Shown piece by piece: positions 31,800 to 49,733 of a DNA stretch of 64,000 nucleotides (its first letter is position 1; the number at the start of each line of letters is the position of its first letter). The stretch is taken from assembly GCF_009914755.1 (NCBI RefSeq), contig NC_060926.1, one strand, 5' to 3'. A program made the position numbers and the translations under genes. Under the pieces are notes generated by a model. It had not been told where the DNA came from, did not search any database, and saw nothing but the letters and a program-made list of their open reading frames with translations. The DNA is from the human T2T-CHM13v2.0 reference genome, Homo sapiens.

Positions 31800-32040
31800 T
31801 TAATCTAGTCACTAGCTTCATTATAAACAGCAAAAATATCAATTAAATATGTGTTGTATACTTGACGTAGCGTAGGTCTTGTAATATCAGTTCTTACTAT
31901 CTTACTTTTTTCAGGGCTCTATTGCACTGAAATGCATTGATTGGAGTTACTTCCGAACAGGTCTAATTTTTTACCATGGAGTATCTTACAACATGGAGCA
32001 GCACATTTTCTGCACATTGATGAGATAAAGTCTTATATAC

Positions 32041-33236
32041 CTAGACCCAAAGGTTTCAAGGGCTTCTACTGCTCCATTATATATTGATAGGGTTTGACTG
32101 TATCCCCATCCAAATCTCTTCTTGAATTGCAGCTCCCACAATTCCCACGTGTTGTGGGAGGGACCCAGTGGGAGATAATTGAATCATGGGGGTAGTTTCC
32201 CCCGTACTGTTCTCATGATAGCAAATAACTCTCATAAGATCTGACAGTTTTATAAGGGGTTTCCCCTTTCGCTTGGCTCTCATTCTCTCTTGCCTGCTGC
32301 GATGTAATCAGTGACTTTGCTCCTCCTTTACCTTCTGCCATGATTGTGAGGCCTCTGCAGCCATGCTGAACTGTGAGTCAATTAAATCTCTTTCCTTATA
32401 AATTACCCAGTCTTGGGTATGTCTTTGTCAGCAGCATGAAAATCGACTAATACATGTATTGTGAAACTTTGAGATGGTGCCTTGTAATCCCATAGGATTT
32501 GAACATAGTTTAACATCTGGTTAAAACCTGTTGTGGAAAAAGCCCACCACAGGGGTCAGTAAAAGAGATGCTTCGAGGAGTAGCACTCCTGCAAATCCCG
32601 GGACCACTGCACAAAATCTCTCAAAGCCACATTGCTTGGCTTTGGGGTGCCCCACTGCTGGCATCCAGGTCCCCTGAAACAGTGAATAATTCCGAGTGAA
32701 CTGCTTTGTGATCCTTGTGAGATTCCTCTAAGATGGCGTCCTCTCCTGGTGGCTTTTGAGGAGTTTCTTTTTTGGGTTTTGCATGAAAAAAACATGCTCT
32801 TTTTGGGCATTGGTAGAAAAGGTGAGAAAAGGAAGGCCACGGAGACAGAGGCCAAGGATATGACGTTGAGGTAAAAGTACAACAGGTTCACCGGGGATAC
32901 CAAGAGTCGGGCCAGCACCGACCCTGCTGTGTAGGTGGCCAGCGTGACACTCCTGCAGTAGCCGCTCACTCTCTGGTAGTGCTCGGGGCTGACCACGCTG
33001 TATATGTAGGCGTAGTAAGCCACCTCGGCGGCAGTGACCATCCCGTAGAAGAACTCTACAACCTGCACGGTCTTCACTCCTTGGCCAAACAGGAGCGGCA
33101 GTCAGGTAATGATGAAACTAATAATACCTTGCAAGATGATGACTGGCTTGTAGCGGACGTAATCGGTGAGGACAAACACAAGCAGCAGCAGCACCAGGTA
33201 GGAGTATGTCCAAACGGGGAAGATCTCATCTGTCAT
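32041..33236 (-). pseudogene. SLC19A4P: Exon equivalent to SLC19A3 exon 3, split by an LTR
   Basis: gcag|[25 protein letters not shown](33102-4)..[27 protein letters not shown]/+1 fs at T7 32786-92/..[10 protein letters not shown](32556-8)[29 protein letters not shown]..[LTR]..IYNGAVEALETFG; 3' donor position uncertain (~32040-32047). Confidence 0.92.
32085..32454 (+). mobile_element. THE1 (THE1C-like) solo LTR
   Basis: tgata.ggtttg.ctg..gactaataca; 370 bp; 5-bp TSD tatat/tgtat. Confidence 0.92.
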
Positions 33237-34532
33237 CTGCAAGATTAAGTGGGGAGAGTGCAAAGACAAAAAAACATCAGGACGTGAAATACACCCTGGG
33301 CCTCTGACACTTAACATTATCAAGATGAGATGTATCAACCCCAGGACGCACTGCTTGGCCTTTGCCAAAGTGGGTCTAGTTTCATGGTTTACATGAATTT
33401 CTAACAATACTTTGGAAAGCAATGGGAAACTGAAATTCAGGGAAACAAATTGAATGACAGATATTCATAAGGTGAGAATTTATATTTCCAGGTGTAAAAA
33501 ACACAGCAGCTATTATCTTAGTTATCAGCCTTTTAAACTTTATAAATGTAATTTGATCTGCAATAAGCTATGGAGGCTAGGAAAAGAGGCCATAATGGAT
33601 AAATTAATCTGTTTACACTTGACAGGATTTCCAGAACAATCTAGGGCTGCTCAGATACTGTTGCTTACTAGCATGTAACAAAATAGTTTATTCCTCTTCA
33701 CAGTGAGAACCAAAAGGTCAAAAAGGATGTTTCAGTACTGGAAAAACCTGACCGCCTTCTTTCCCTTTGATATCCATCAGTACAAAACTGAGGAGCCCAT
33801 TGCGTTACCATCTCGGTGATCAGGAAAATATGGAACAAATGACCAGTTTGAGATTGAATGTCAGAGGAAGAAATGTGTGTGTTTATCTTCTACTCTTCCG
33901 TTTTCTTCACTTTACTTTTTTGGGCTGCCCTGGAGGAACCATAAGAAACTACTTAGTAGCTCTCTCATTCAAGACAATTTTGGCCACAGTTTCTCTTGGA
34001 ACTGCTGGCACTGGCCAATTATCGGCGCCTATCTGTCGTAAGTGATTATTTCACTTTCTATAAGGGGAATGTACAGTGGGTGGAGGATGACATAAAGGCG
34101 GTTGGGGTAGACCTTCTCAAATCCCTGTCCTCTGAATTTCTAGACTACCAAAATAAATCCACAGATTTACTGAGCCTGAGAATGCCCTTTGCTATGACCT
34201 AATCTGTGTCCTCATGCTTTGGGTTCCCAGGTAGACTTTTACCCAAGCACTCTTGAAGTTTGGTAGAACTTTATTCTTGCTGTTTTTGGCTTTTGGGTAT
34301 AGTCACTAACATGGTAAAAGCTGTATGCCAGATATGCTTTTTGTGACAATCTCTGGTATTTGAATCCAGCCCAGTCATAGCTTCTAGCTAAACCAGTTTG
34401 TACCTCATGGGATGTACTGGTGTTTATTGTGAAGAAAAAAGGTGGATTGGTTTAGAAGGCAAAATCTACTTGGTGTGAGGTGGGTGAATGTAGATGGTGG
34501 CTAGGAAAGAGAGGCAAAATAAGATAAAATTG

Positions 34533-34985
<453 letters not shown>

Positions 34986-34996
34986 GTCATCAGTCA

Positions 34997-35543
<547 letters not shown>

Positions 35544-36269
35544 TTATTTAAAGTTGTTCTCTGGAATGAGAACTACAAGCGACCATCTGATTCTCAAGAA
35601 TATGCTGGTTACTTACTCCTAAAACAGCTCTGGAATAAGGAAAAGAGGATTTCCTGGTGGGAAGAACATGGGCATTGTAGTTGAGTAAATTAAAATCTCT
35701 AATCCACTCTTTCAAGTCATGTGATCCTGTCCGAGTTTCTCTGTGTCTTGGGGCCTCAGTTTCCCTTAGCTGACTAGGGAGATTGTAATGCACATCACAC
35801 AGGTGTAGTCGTGAAGAAATTTCCTGGCCTAATGCTTTCCTGGTAGCAGGTGCATAACGTGGGTTACATTCCACATTATGCCACCTCTACGTAGGAATCC
35901 ACATCTAGCTTCTGTGGCCGTGGAAGAGAGAAGGACCATCTTTCAGAGCGTGGAGACGCTGGTCATCATCCAGCTCGTATAAGTCACAGGCAGGTGCTGG
36001 AGCCTGAAACCGTTAAGTTTTAAGTGAGTTTAGCAATTGAGATTGTTATTTACACTGATTAGTCCTGCTGGCGATTAAGGGGAATAGCCAGGGGAGACCT
36101 GTATTCACTAGAAATAATCCTCTGGAAAGTGAGATATTAAATAATTGCATACTTTAGAAAAATGCATAATTTCTTGTCACCAGATCCATTGCAGTTTTAC
36201 AAGTGTATTTTGCAGAACATTAATTCCTGGGTTACTTCTAATAAAATAGAGAGTAGAAATGATTTCTAG

Positions 36270-36424
36270 GGCCAGGCACAGTGGCTCACATCTATCATCC
36301 CAGAGTTTTGGGAGGCCAAGGCAGGAGGATCACTTGAGCCCAGGTGATGGAGGCTGCAGGGAGGTATGATCGTGCCACTGCACTCCAGCCTGAGTAATAG
36401 TGTGAGACCTTGTCTCAAATAAAA
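36270..36424 (+). mobile_element. Alu monomer (FAM/FRAM-like or deleted AluJ)
   Basis: Single monomer. Confidence 0.85.
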
Positions 36425-38659
36425 CCCCCAAAATTAGCCAGGAAATCAAATCTCAAATCCTCTTTCTGAATCAGTCATGGACAAAACATCACTCACCATT
36501 TTTGAGGACCAGGAGAGACCATGGCTTCAGGTTTTTACATTGGAAATAACTCCTGATTCCTCCCCTAATGCTAGCAGCAGAATGTTTAACTCAAGATGGT
36601 TGGATGGGTTGGTTCAACTAAATTAGGAAGTCCATCACCAGCACAGTGAAAAGACTCAAAGAATATGAGTGCTCACATGGAGAAATAGCTACAACAAATC
36701 CTCTTCAGTGCGAGATTTCCACAACTCTGATTAGGATGGGCACCAAGTTTGCCCCCTGCTAGTATCTTCATTTATTATAAAAAGACGGTGAATGGTATAT
36801 TATTTTATTTGTCAGCATTCTGCTTACATGGCCCCTCTGAACTGAATGCTTTTCCTTATGGACTACAGAAAACGAATGACTACCTAGGAAAAGCTTTGAA
36901 AACATAAAGAATACAATATCCCTTGATTATGTGGTCTGTCTGAGATGGAAGGGAGCAAGAAACAGCCTGAAAGATTCAAACATTCTTTCCTTAGGGCTAT
37001 TTTTCTAACTTCAAGGCATTCTTCTATTTTTACAATTAAAGGCAGAGTTATAACTATGTAACAAAAAAGACAAACAGTGAACTTACAATCCCATGTTATG
37101 CCAGTGGCATACTTTTTAATATATCAAGCAGGTGTTAATTTTTATTTACTGTTTAACCTCTGCTTCAAAGGTCATTGGTTAACATGGTCATTGGTTAAAA
37201 TCAGTTAAAACGTCACCGAAGAAATGCTCTGATTTTCTCCTAATTATGTTAGAATGTAAATTTCTAACCTTTGCAAGGAAGATGGGTGCAGAGAAAGCAG
37301 TGGACTTCTGGTCTGGGCCACTGGTCTATCCTAGTGTTGCTATAGACAGGGAATCCTGGAACTTGGGGGCTCTGGCTATTGCAGAGCTGGTGGGCTGCTC
37401 TGAGCAGCTTGGTATTTCATAAACATCCCAGGTATTACTGTGATGTGGCCATCAGATATTTTTTTCTGTTGTACTTAATCACAGCTAGCTGACCTTACTC
37501 AGATTCCTTAACCTGAGTCCCACTGATTAAGAGAAGATAAAAATTATCCACTATTTTGTTTGTAAGGAGTAAATAAGATCAATAGGGGAGGAATCCAAGC
37601 AGCACCTAGTATAATAAATACAGCTGTCTTTCCCTTGCTTTTCCTTGAAAATCTCATCTAGTCCCAGTCACCCAGAAGATCACAAGGACCAATGAATTGG
37701 TGATAAAATAAAAGCTCATAATGTCAGACCCAGCTAATATAGATTGTTGATCATCTGTACAAAAACCAATGTAAAAGGTTACAAAATCAATTTCAAGGCT
37801 ATCCTGTAAGAATAGAGAGAGATTGAAAAAGTAAATTTATGACTTAATTAAGGTTGCAAGGAAAACTGTTTCTTTAAGGAATTACATTGTTTGAAAGCAC
37901 TTTATAAATACTAACTTATGTAAGACTAGCAATAAATCATTCTTAACTGCTCTTTAATCAAATGTTCAGTCCTTCATTCCATAGTTCCTTCCATAGGGAA
38001 CCCTTGGTCGGCTTCGTTAAATTCTGCTCAAAATACATGCTTTCCACACCCATACTTCCCTATTTGGATGTTTTACTGATTCATTTTGATTCTTCTCTAC
38101 ATAGTCTAAATCAGCAAATATTTACCATATGTACTTTTTAAAGAGTTGAAAGGAAGTTATCCCTATATTCTAGCGCCTCATGACTCGTGTCTCAGCATGA
38201 AAAGTATTTTTTATCCAGATTACTTAAATCAACATTGCATGCCAACATTTCCCATCTGAACCTTGGCCTGCCCGTTTTTCCTGGCAATGTTGCTTAACAC
38301 CCACTGACCATGTAGTCTCATCATTTTTAATGGTGATGAGGCAGATTTCCTCCTAGTTCACATTGAATAGTCTATGTCACTGATCTTGCTATTTGGATGC
38401 CATGAGCTAGGACTAGGGACTCGTTTCAATGGCCTGTTTCTCTATCACCCAGGAAATCACAAGGCTCAATGAATTGCTGATAGCAATTTTGGTACTGAAA
38501 AGTAGGGCGGGGCTATACCAAATATGTAAAAGTGTGGAAGTGCCTTTGGAATTCTGTGATGGGTAGAGGCTAGAAGTGTTTTGAAGCACTTCATAGAAAA
38601 AGCCTAGATTCACATGTCTGAAATTGTTGGTAGAAATACAGACATTAAAGGCAATTCTG

Positions 38660-39026
<367 letters not shown>

Positions 39027-39671
39027 TTAGAGAATACGTGTACCACCATGTACAGAATGTTTCTAGAATTATGCACATTACAAGGTGTTTCTGGTGAGGT
39101 CTCAGATGGAAAGGGGTAGCATTTATTGGACACTGAAGGAAAGGTGATTGATCTGTGTTATAAAGCAGCAGAGAACTTGGCTGTATTATGTCGTGGTGTT
39201 GGAAGGAAAGCAGAACTTGTAAGTGATGATGCACTTGGATATTTAGCTGAGGAGAATCCCAAGCAAAGTGTGCAAAGGGGAAGCCTATTGTCTCCTTGTT
39301 GCTTGTAATAAAATGTGAGAAGAAAGAGATAAATTAAAGAAGGAACTGCTAAGCAAAAAGGAAGCAGTACCTGATTTGGAAAATTCTCCACCTGTCCAAA
39401 TAGTATACTATAGAAATGTCAAAAGTATGGCTCAACAAGTGTTTGCTAAATAAATGAGGTGTGTGGCTCATGGATCCAATCATTTATCTCATCAGAAGCC
39501 AAGAATAGAGATGTAGTTGTTCAGGAAAGATCTGTGCAGGGCCCTCTTGTCTGATGGCTTAGATCACCATGAATTTCTTGGGAGGCTGACAACGTTTTTG
39601 AGAATTTTATACCAGGAGAAACATTGCCATTCTGGACTGAAAGAGACCATAAAATTAACAAGAATGACTTA

Positions 39672-39955
<284 letters not shown>

Positions 39956-40472
39956 TTATGAGAACATCTAAGTTTTTAAACAACCACCATATGGGTGTAA
40001 AAGATCATCAGGCCATAGAGAATTATGCTCAGGCCTTGAAGTCTTTTTTTTTTTTTAATTGTAAGTTTTCTTCAGTCTCAGAAGGTATCAGGCCTTGAAA
40101 TCTAATGGAACTTGCCTTCCTAGGTTTCAGACTTGCTTGGGACCCATGACCCCTTTTTTCTTTCCAATTTCTCCCTTTTGGAATGAAAATGTCTGTCCTA
40201 TGCCTAGATATTGTATTGTGTAAGCAGATGACTCATTGTCTGACTTCACGGGTTCATGGATGAAGAAGAGTTTGCCCCAGGGTGATTCATACTCTGAGTC
40301 TCAGCCATCAGTGATGTAGATGACAACATTTGGGACTTTGAGTTCATGACCTTTAGATGAAATTTTGGACTTAGAGTTGATACTGGAATGGTTAAGACTT
40401 TTGGGAATATTTGGAAGGGGTGGATATATTTTGCATGTGGGAAAGATGAATTTTGGGGCAAAGGGGAAGACT

Positions 40473-40944
40473 ATTATGGGTTGCTTGTGTCCCCCAGAAA
40501 GACACGTTGAAGTCCTAATCCCCAGCATCTCAGAATGTGACTTTATTTGAAAATAGGGTTGTTGTAGATGTAATTAGTTAGGTTATGATAAAGTCATGGT
40601 GGAGTAGGGTGTGTTCTCAATCCAATGACTTGGTGTCCTTATAAGAAAGGGAAAAGAGACACAGAGACAGACCTGACAGTGAGAAGACAGCCATGTGAAG
40701 ACCAAGGCAGAGATTGGAATGATGGATCTACACGCCATGGAATACCGAGAATTGCTGGTAAACACCGGAAGCTGAAAGATGCAAGGAGGGGCTCTCCCCG
40801 ATAGGTTTCAGAGGGTACATGGCCCTGTTGACATCTTGAATTCAGACTTCTAGCCTCCAAAACTGTGAGACAATAAACTCACGTTGTTTTAATCCAACCA
40901 GTATTTATGGTATGTCATTAAAACCACCCTAGGAAGCTGACACA
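40473..40944 (+). mobile_element. MLT1C-like 3' LTR
   Basis: tgtgtccccc..gttgaagtcctaa..cagacttctagcctccaaaactgtgagacaataaa..ctgacaca. Confidence 0.85.
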
Positions 40945-41210
40945 GATTGTGCTACACCTAATTTGAATTTTTAATCATTTGCACAAAATGTGGGATTAAA
41001 TCTTTAATTAAAATATTTCATTTAAATCTACTGTATTCTGATTTTCCATGTATCAATACTTTCATTTTTGTTAAATACAAATAGGACAGATGAATCTATA
41101 TTTACATATGGAGTGAAATTTTCCAGTTTGTTTTTGTTATCTTTAGCTAGGTAATAAATGTTAGTTACACCCCGTGTGGTGGTTGTTTGAAAACTTAGAT
41201 GTTCACATAA

Positions 41211-41561
<351 letters not shown>

Positions 41562-42467
41562 TAGATACTATATGAAATGCAGACATGATAAAGGGGTGCT
41601 TAACCCTTTTAGGTGACCTGCCTTTTTAAGAAAATTGCAATTTTCATAAAAAAAGTATACATTTTAAAATAGTTTAGTCATTACTCATTTTGTAATTTAT
41701 TTTATATTGATTTTCCCCTCTGAGATTCAAATGTTTGTAACCATTGCTGTCTTTTTTACAGGTCTCTCTTCTTTATCAAGTTATCATATTTGGGAACAAG
41801 TGTAACATGGTAGAAATGAAGATGTCTCTTGCGTGGGAGGCTGATGCTCCAAGGGAACCTTGGGCAGGATCCATGCTTTCTGCTAACACAGGCTTCATCT
41901 ACCCTAAGTGCTCAAGCAGCGTTTGGAGAAGGAAGAAGGATGACTGGAAGGAAGAAAGTTACTTTTTTTTTTTTTTTGCAGTTGTGGGGAAATTGCACTG
42001 ATTCACGCATGTACTTTTCTCCAGTCTCCCCGGTCACGAACAGAGCGTAATTGCTGCACGTCTGGCCAGAACAAACACTTGAGCTGGAAATACCAAACTG
42101 TATATATGTTAAACACAGGCTAGTTTTACAGAATTTTCACCTCTACTTCTCAATACAAAACCTGTTTTTCACAACTAGCATTACCCCCACACTCAGAAAT
42201 TTTTAAAGAAAAGATGACTAGGTCTATTCTAGAACCTTTTGTTATTCCTGGCAGTAGTACAATGAAATTGGGTCTAGTGGTATTTATTGTTGGGGTGGAT
42301 GTAACTCCTATTGAATCTGAAAGCACAGCATCAAGTGAAAACTGCTGAACAAATGCTAAGCATAGAAACTCTTCTGTTTATGAACTTTTTGGTTTTCAAT
42401 AGGCTGCCCTGAGTCTGCTTTTTTGTTCTTAATTGAACACAACATGGTACAAAAAATTACTACCCCT

Positions 42468-42960
<493 letters not shown>

Positions 42961-43217
42961 CGTAGCTCACAGCCGTCCTGGCCAGCTCTCAGGCTGAAAG
43001 TTTAGAGAGATTTCTGTAGTCATTTTAGCTGTAATTCCCCCAAGGGTTACACTAGAGGGCAGTGTGATTACAGCTACTGCGATGGACAGCAGGTTGACTT
43101 CACACTGAATCCAGACCGAGGTTTTATATTTTGTTTCCGGATGTTTCATGTAGGCATTTGTAGGTAGAAAAGGTTCTGCTGCTAAAAAGAAGTTAAAAGT
43201 TTGCTCTCTCTCCTGTC

Positions 43218-43553
<336 letters not shown>

Positions 43554-43994
43554 TAGCTGGAGAGCTGAGGCTATTGAGGTGTACAATTTTATTTTCCATT
43601 ATTCAGAGAATGTTAGAGATAAATTTGCTATTTGAGCTCACTTTTCTAAACGTGTTTTCAGTGACTCCTGTTTTGTTAGTAGTAGAAATAGGGTTTGAGA
43701 CCAAATAAAGCTGGAAACACTGAGTTAAAGTTACACAGACTCCTTTATTAAAATGTTCCTTAGAGCCTGTGTTTGTACATTGGAAACCACTGGGAGGAGG
43801 ATGCGGAAGGCAGGACCGCTGTGGGAGTAATGCCTTCTGGGTATTTTGGACAGGAAACACCTGCCTGGTCCTGATTCTTCGTCTTTTCCATAAGGAATTA
43901 AAAACTGGAAGAGAAAAATGACTGCTATGTAGTGACAGGACCTGTCTCCGGACTGCAGTCCAGGGTACTTTCCGTAGGACCAAAATATCATTAC

Positions 43995-44141
43995 CTGCAG
44001 TTCTATGTGCAGTGACAATACCCGGGCCAGTCAAATGCACTCGGTCTTCGGGCCTCGGGTCTTCCTGTTCCACCTGTTAGAACGCTCTTGCTCCAGGCAT
44101 CTGCAGCCTTGCCTCCTCACTGCGTGCAGAGTGCTTAAATA
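43995..44141 (-). promoter_or_regulatory. Candidate TATA box and non-coding first exon of the SLC19 pseudogene
   Basis: TATTTAAG (44141-44134), GC-richer unique ~120 nt, then CTGCAG|GTAATG donor at 43995/43994; motif evidence only. Confidence 0.35.
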
Positions 44142-44159
44142 GCACCTTATTAAAGGGGA

Positions 44160-44370
44160 CCTCCCAGACCACTCTCCAAAATGGGCCTCCTTGGGTCACT
44201 CTCTATTTTCGTACCTTGCTTTGTCACCACCTGTTATGTGCTTAATTATTTTTTTGTTTGCTTCTTCTCTCTAAAATAGAGCTAGAACCGAAGGGACTTT
44301 ATCTATCTCAGTGTCTGCTATATCCCTAGTACTTTGTAGGTGCTCAGTGAACATATACTGGATGAATTAA
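44160..44370 (+). mobile_element. L2 3' end
   Basis: tgtaggtgctcagtgaacatatactggatgaat. Confidence 0.65.
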
Positions 44371-44618
44371 TATTTTCAAAGTATAGAACATAAGATTGGT
44401 TATTCTATCAGCCAGAGTTCTCCAGAGAAATGGAACCAACATATTGATATATAAGTATACATAACACATTATATATATATATAATGTTAAATATGTTAAA
44501 ATGGTAAAAACTGGTATCTTTTATTAAAAGGTTCTAACAGTACCCAGATAATGTGAACATTATATACATTTACAGAAAAATTTCCACTTGCACTTCTGGG
44601 TTTAAAAGTGCAATATCT

Positions 44619-44950
44619 GGCCAGGCGCGGTAGCTCACACCTGTAATCCTAGCAATTTGGGAGGTCGGGGCAGGCGGATCTTTTAAGCCCATGAGTTCAA
44701 GACCAGCTTGGGCAACACGGCAAGACCTCATCTCTACGAAAAAATACAAAAAGTAGCCGGGTGTTGTGGCGGGCGCCTGTGGTCCTAGCTACACGGCTAA
44801 GATTATACCTAGACCTACACTACACCTATGCTGAGGTGGGAGGATCACCTGAGCCTGGGAAGTTGAGGCTGCAGAGAGCCATGATTGTGCCATTGCACTC
44901 CAGCCTGGATGACAGAGTGACACCCTGTCTCAAAAAATAAGATAATAAAA
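44619..44950 (+). mobile_element. AluJ-like with 33-bp internal insertion
   Basis: TSD taaaagtgcaa(t/c)atct. Confidence 0.93.
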
Positions 44951-45054
44951 GTGCAACATCTGACACTTTCTAGTAATTGTTTAAATATAATGATATTGTA
45001 TACTCTGGTTTCTCTTCAAATTGTGTACATCTTTTGCCTTTTAAATGTAATGGT

Positions 45055-45368
45055 ATTTTATTTTATTTTATTTTATTTTATTTTTTTGAGATGGAGTTTT
45101 GCTTTGTTGCCCAGGCTAGAGTGCAATGGCGCGATCTCGGCTTACTGAAACATCCGCCTCCCAGGTTCAAGTGATTCTCCTGTCTCAGCCTCCCGAGTAG
45201 CTGGGATTACAGGCATGCGCCACTACGCCCAGCTAATTTTGTATTTTTAGTAGAGATGGGGTTTCTCCATGTTGGTCAGGCTGGTCTCCAACTCCTAACC
45301 TCAGGTGATCTGCCCGCCTCTGCCTCCCAAAGTGCTGGGATTATAGGCGTGAGTCACCATGCCTGGCC
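45055..45368 (-). mobile_element. AluSp-like
   Basis: Full Alu, (TTTTA)n tail. Confidence 0.95.
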
Positions 45369-45680
45369 AGTATTTTATTTTTATATACTCTGGTTATGTT
45401 AGAGAATATCCTTCTAGGCTTCAGGGCGTTTGAATTTAAATATTATTAAGGTAAGGGGTATTTATATTTATCCAAAGGCCTCTCTGAGAAGGAATTCTAT
45501 ACTGGGTTTGACTGTAATTAAGGTAGCTGCCTTGGAGAATACTGGTCATTTTAATTTTCCACTCTCCAAATTTCACAGAAGTGTTTCTCATTGTCAGACT
45601 GACCTACAGTCATACAGGGAAGGGAATCCAGGCAACATCATCCCAGGTTTCTTCCATAAAGGAAGGAGGAGACTCTAGAA

Positions 45681-45704
45681 GGTGGTGGTGGTGGTGGTGG
45701 TGGT
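45681..45704. repeat. (GGT)8 microsatellite
   Basis: Seen directly. Confidence 0.9.
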
Positions 45705-46965
45705 GATGCCAACAGACATGAAGTACAGGATCTTTCAAATGAGATTTTGAAGTTCACACACCTTCCATAAGGCCTACCTTCCCCTCCTCCACTGAGCATC
45801 ACGGGGTTGCATTGTCTGTCCCTGAGCCGCAAGGCCCCTCCTCTCCTGCTGACTGCGAGGCAGTGGGGGTGGGGAGTGGAGTGTGTGTGGTCTTAGATAG
45901 AAAAGAAAGCCTGAAAAGAAACGTAATGTGCTAAACAACTGATGTGTTAAACACCTGCCTTCTGATATTCTTAAATGGCAGTCCTGTCTCCAGTGAGAAA
46001 TAAATGTCTCTTGATAAATGCATTTACACTTACTCTCTAGTCACGATCAGCCAGTCCTCTGGGTAATGTCACTTTGAAGGAAGGTTGGATGCTTATCAGG
46101 AGAGAGTGAGTGGCCTTGGGTGGAATCCAGCGCCCAGTGGGGGACAGCTTTAGGGGGATGACCTTCCAGATCACACCACACTGGCTGCCACCCGCTCTGC
46201 CCTGCACAAAGTGGACCCAGGTGAAATAGCCCTTCTTGGAGACCCATTAGATGAATTCTTGTCTTCCTTAAAGTAAAGTTATTACTGTTCCAATTTATAT
46301 CAACCAAACTCTTGCTTACATGGAGTAGGTGGCAATGACAGTTAGAAACTGAATTATACCCATAAAGAGCAATGCTGATAAGGAGAAAAATCTGTCAGTG
46401 GTTGAATTGACACTGGCTGCTTCCCATCTAGTTTGACTTCACAGAAAGTGGGGAAATGCTCTTTTTTTGTGGGATACTTCTGAGGTTTCCTGGGTCTTTC
46501 CTGTGCAAATGAATGATGAAATAACTATCTGCGGAGTCACTTAGGAGCCTTACTGGGGTCAGCCATTTTCTGTGCTCCAGAAAGCCCACCCTCTTTTTTC
46601 TTCCATTATATTTCTATCTCGTCTGACCACGTGTTGTTGCACAACTCCAAGGGTGAACTTGGAACTGAGATTCCAGTCTTTTCTTCCTCATGCTCTCATG
46701 CTTTTCAGAGACCTGGAGATGCTGAAATTCCTCTGCCTTTTCTTGTCTCTTTGCCTGCTCTAGCACTTCTGTCCTCTGAATTTGGTGGGAGAAAGTCAGA
46801 AGAAATAAATCTCACAGAATAAACAGAATAACAGTCTCCTTAGAGAGAGGAGGTGATGAAGAGGAAAAAATACAGACATGGAGGTAGATGGTCTTAAAGG
46901 AGAAAGGAGATTGGAAGCCAGTCCCCACAACTAACAAGGAGAGTAATAATGCTGCCTTTTCAGGA

Positions 46966-47277
46966 TTTTTTTTTGGGTTGGGGGGGGACAGGATCTTACT
47001 CTGTTGCACAGGCTGGAGTGCAGTGGTGCATTCACAGCTCGCAGCTCACTGCAGCCTTGACTTCCTCAAGCTCAAGCAATCTTCCCACCTCAGCTTCCCA
47101 AGTAGCTGGGACTACAGGCACACGCCACCATGCCTGGCTAATTTTTGTATTTTTTGTAGTAGAGACAGGGTTTCATTATGATTCCCAAGCTGGTGTCGAA
47201 CTCCTGGGCTCAAGCAACCCACCTGCCTCAGCCTCCCAAAGTACTGGGATTGCAGGCATCAGCCACTGCACCCGGCC
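46966..47277 (-). mobile_element. AluJ-like
   Basis: Full body. Confidence 0.92.
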
Positions 47278-47379
47278 TCTTTTTCAGGTTCTTGAGCTCA
47301 AATGTCAGCATCATCACTTTCTAGCTATGATCTTGGGAACTTAGATGTGGTCACTGATATTGTCCTTGCTTCTCATTGC

Positions 47380-49130
<1,751 letters not shown>

Positions 49131-49149
49131 TCTTCAAAAGTCTGTCCTT

Positions 49150-49535
<386 letters not shown>

Positions 49536-49733
49536 TTAACAGACAAGTGTTCCTATAGTCTCCTGCTGTAGAGTAATACTTTTTTCTTTTTGTTTAATAC
49601 CTTGAGGGTACAGACAAAGTCTTGTCCATCTTCAGAAACTGATTAAAGATCTAGCACTTTTTCTTGAAATTTCCCTGTAATCTGAATCAAGGCTTATGCT
49701 TTAGGACCATAGTGGGAGAAACCAGGGAGACAG

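Noticed and set aside
32556-33422. 173-aa and 106-aa ORFs read as functional transporters
   Set aside because: Fragments of one pseudo-exon bounded by premature stops; one runs in from intron sequence.
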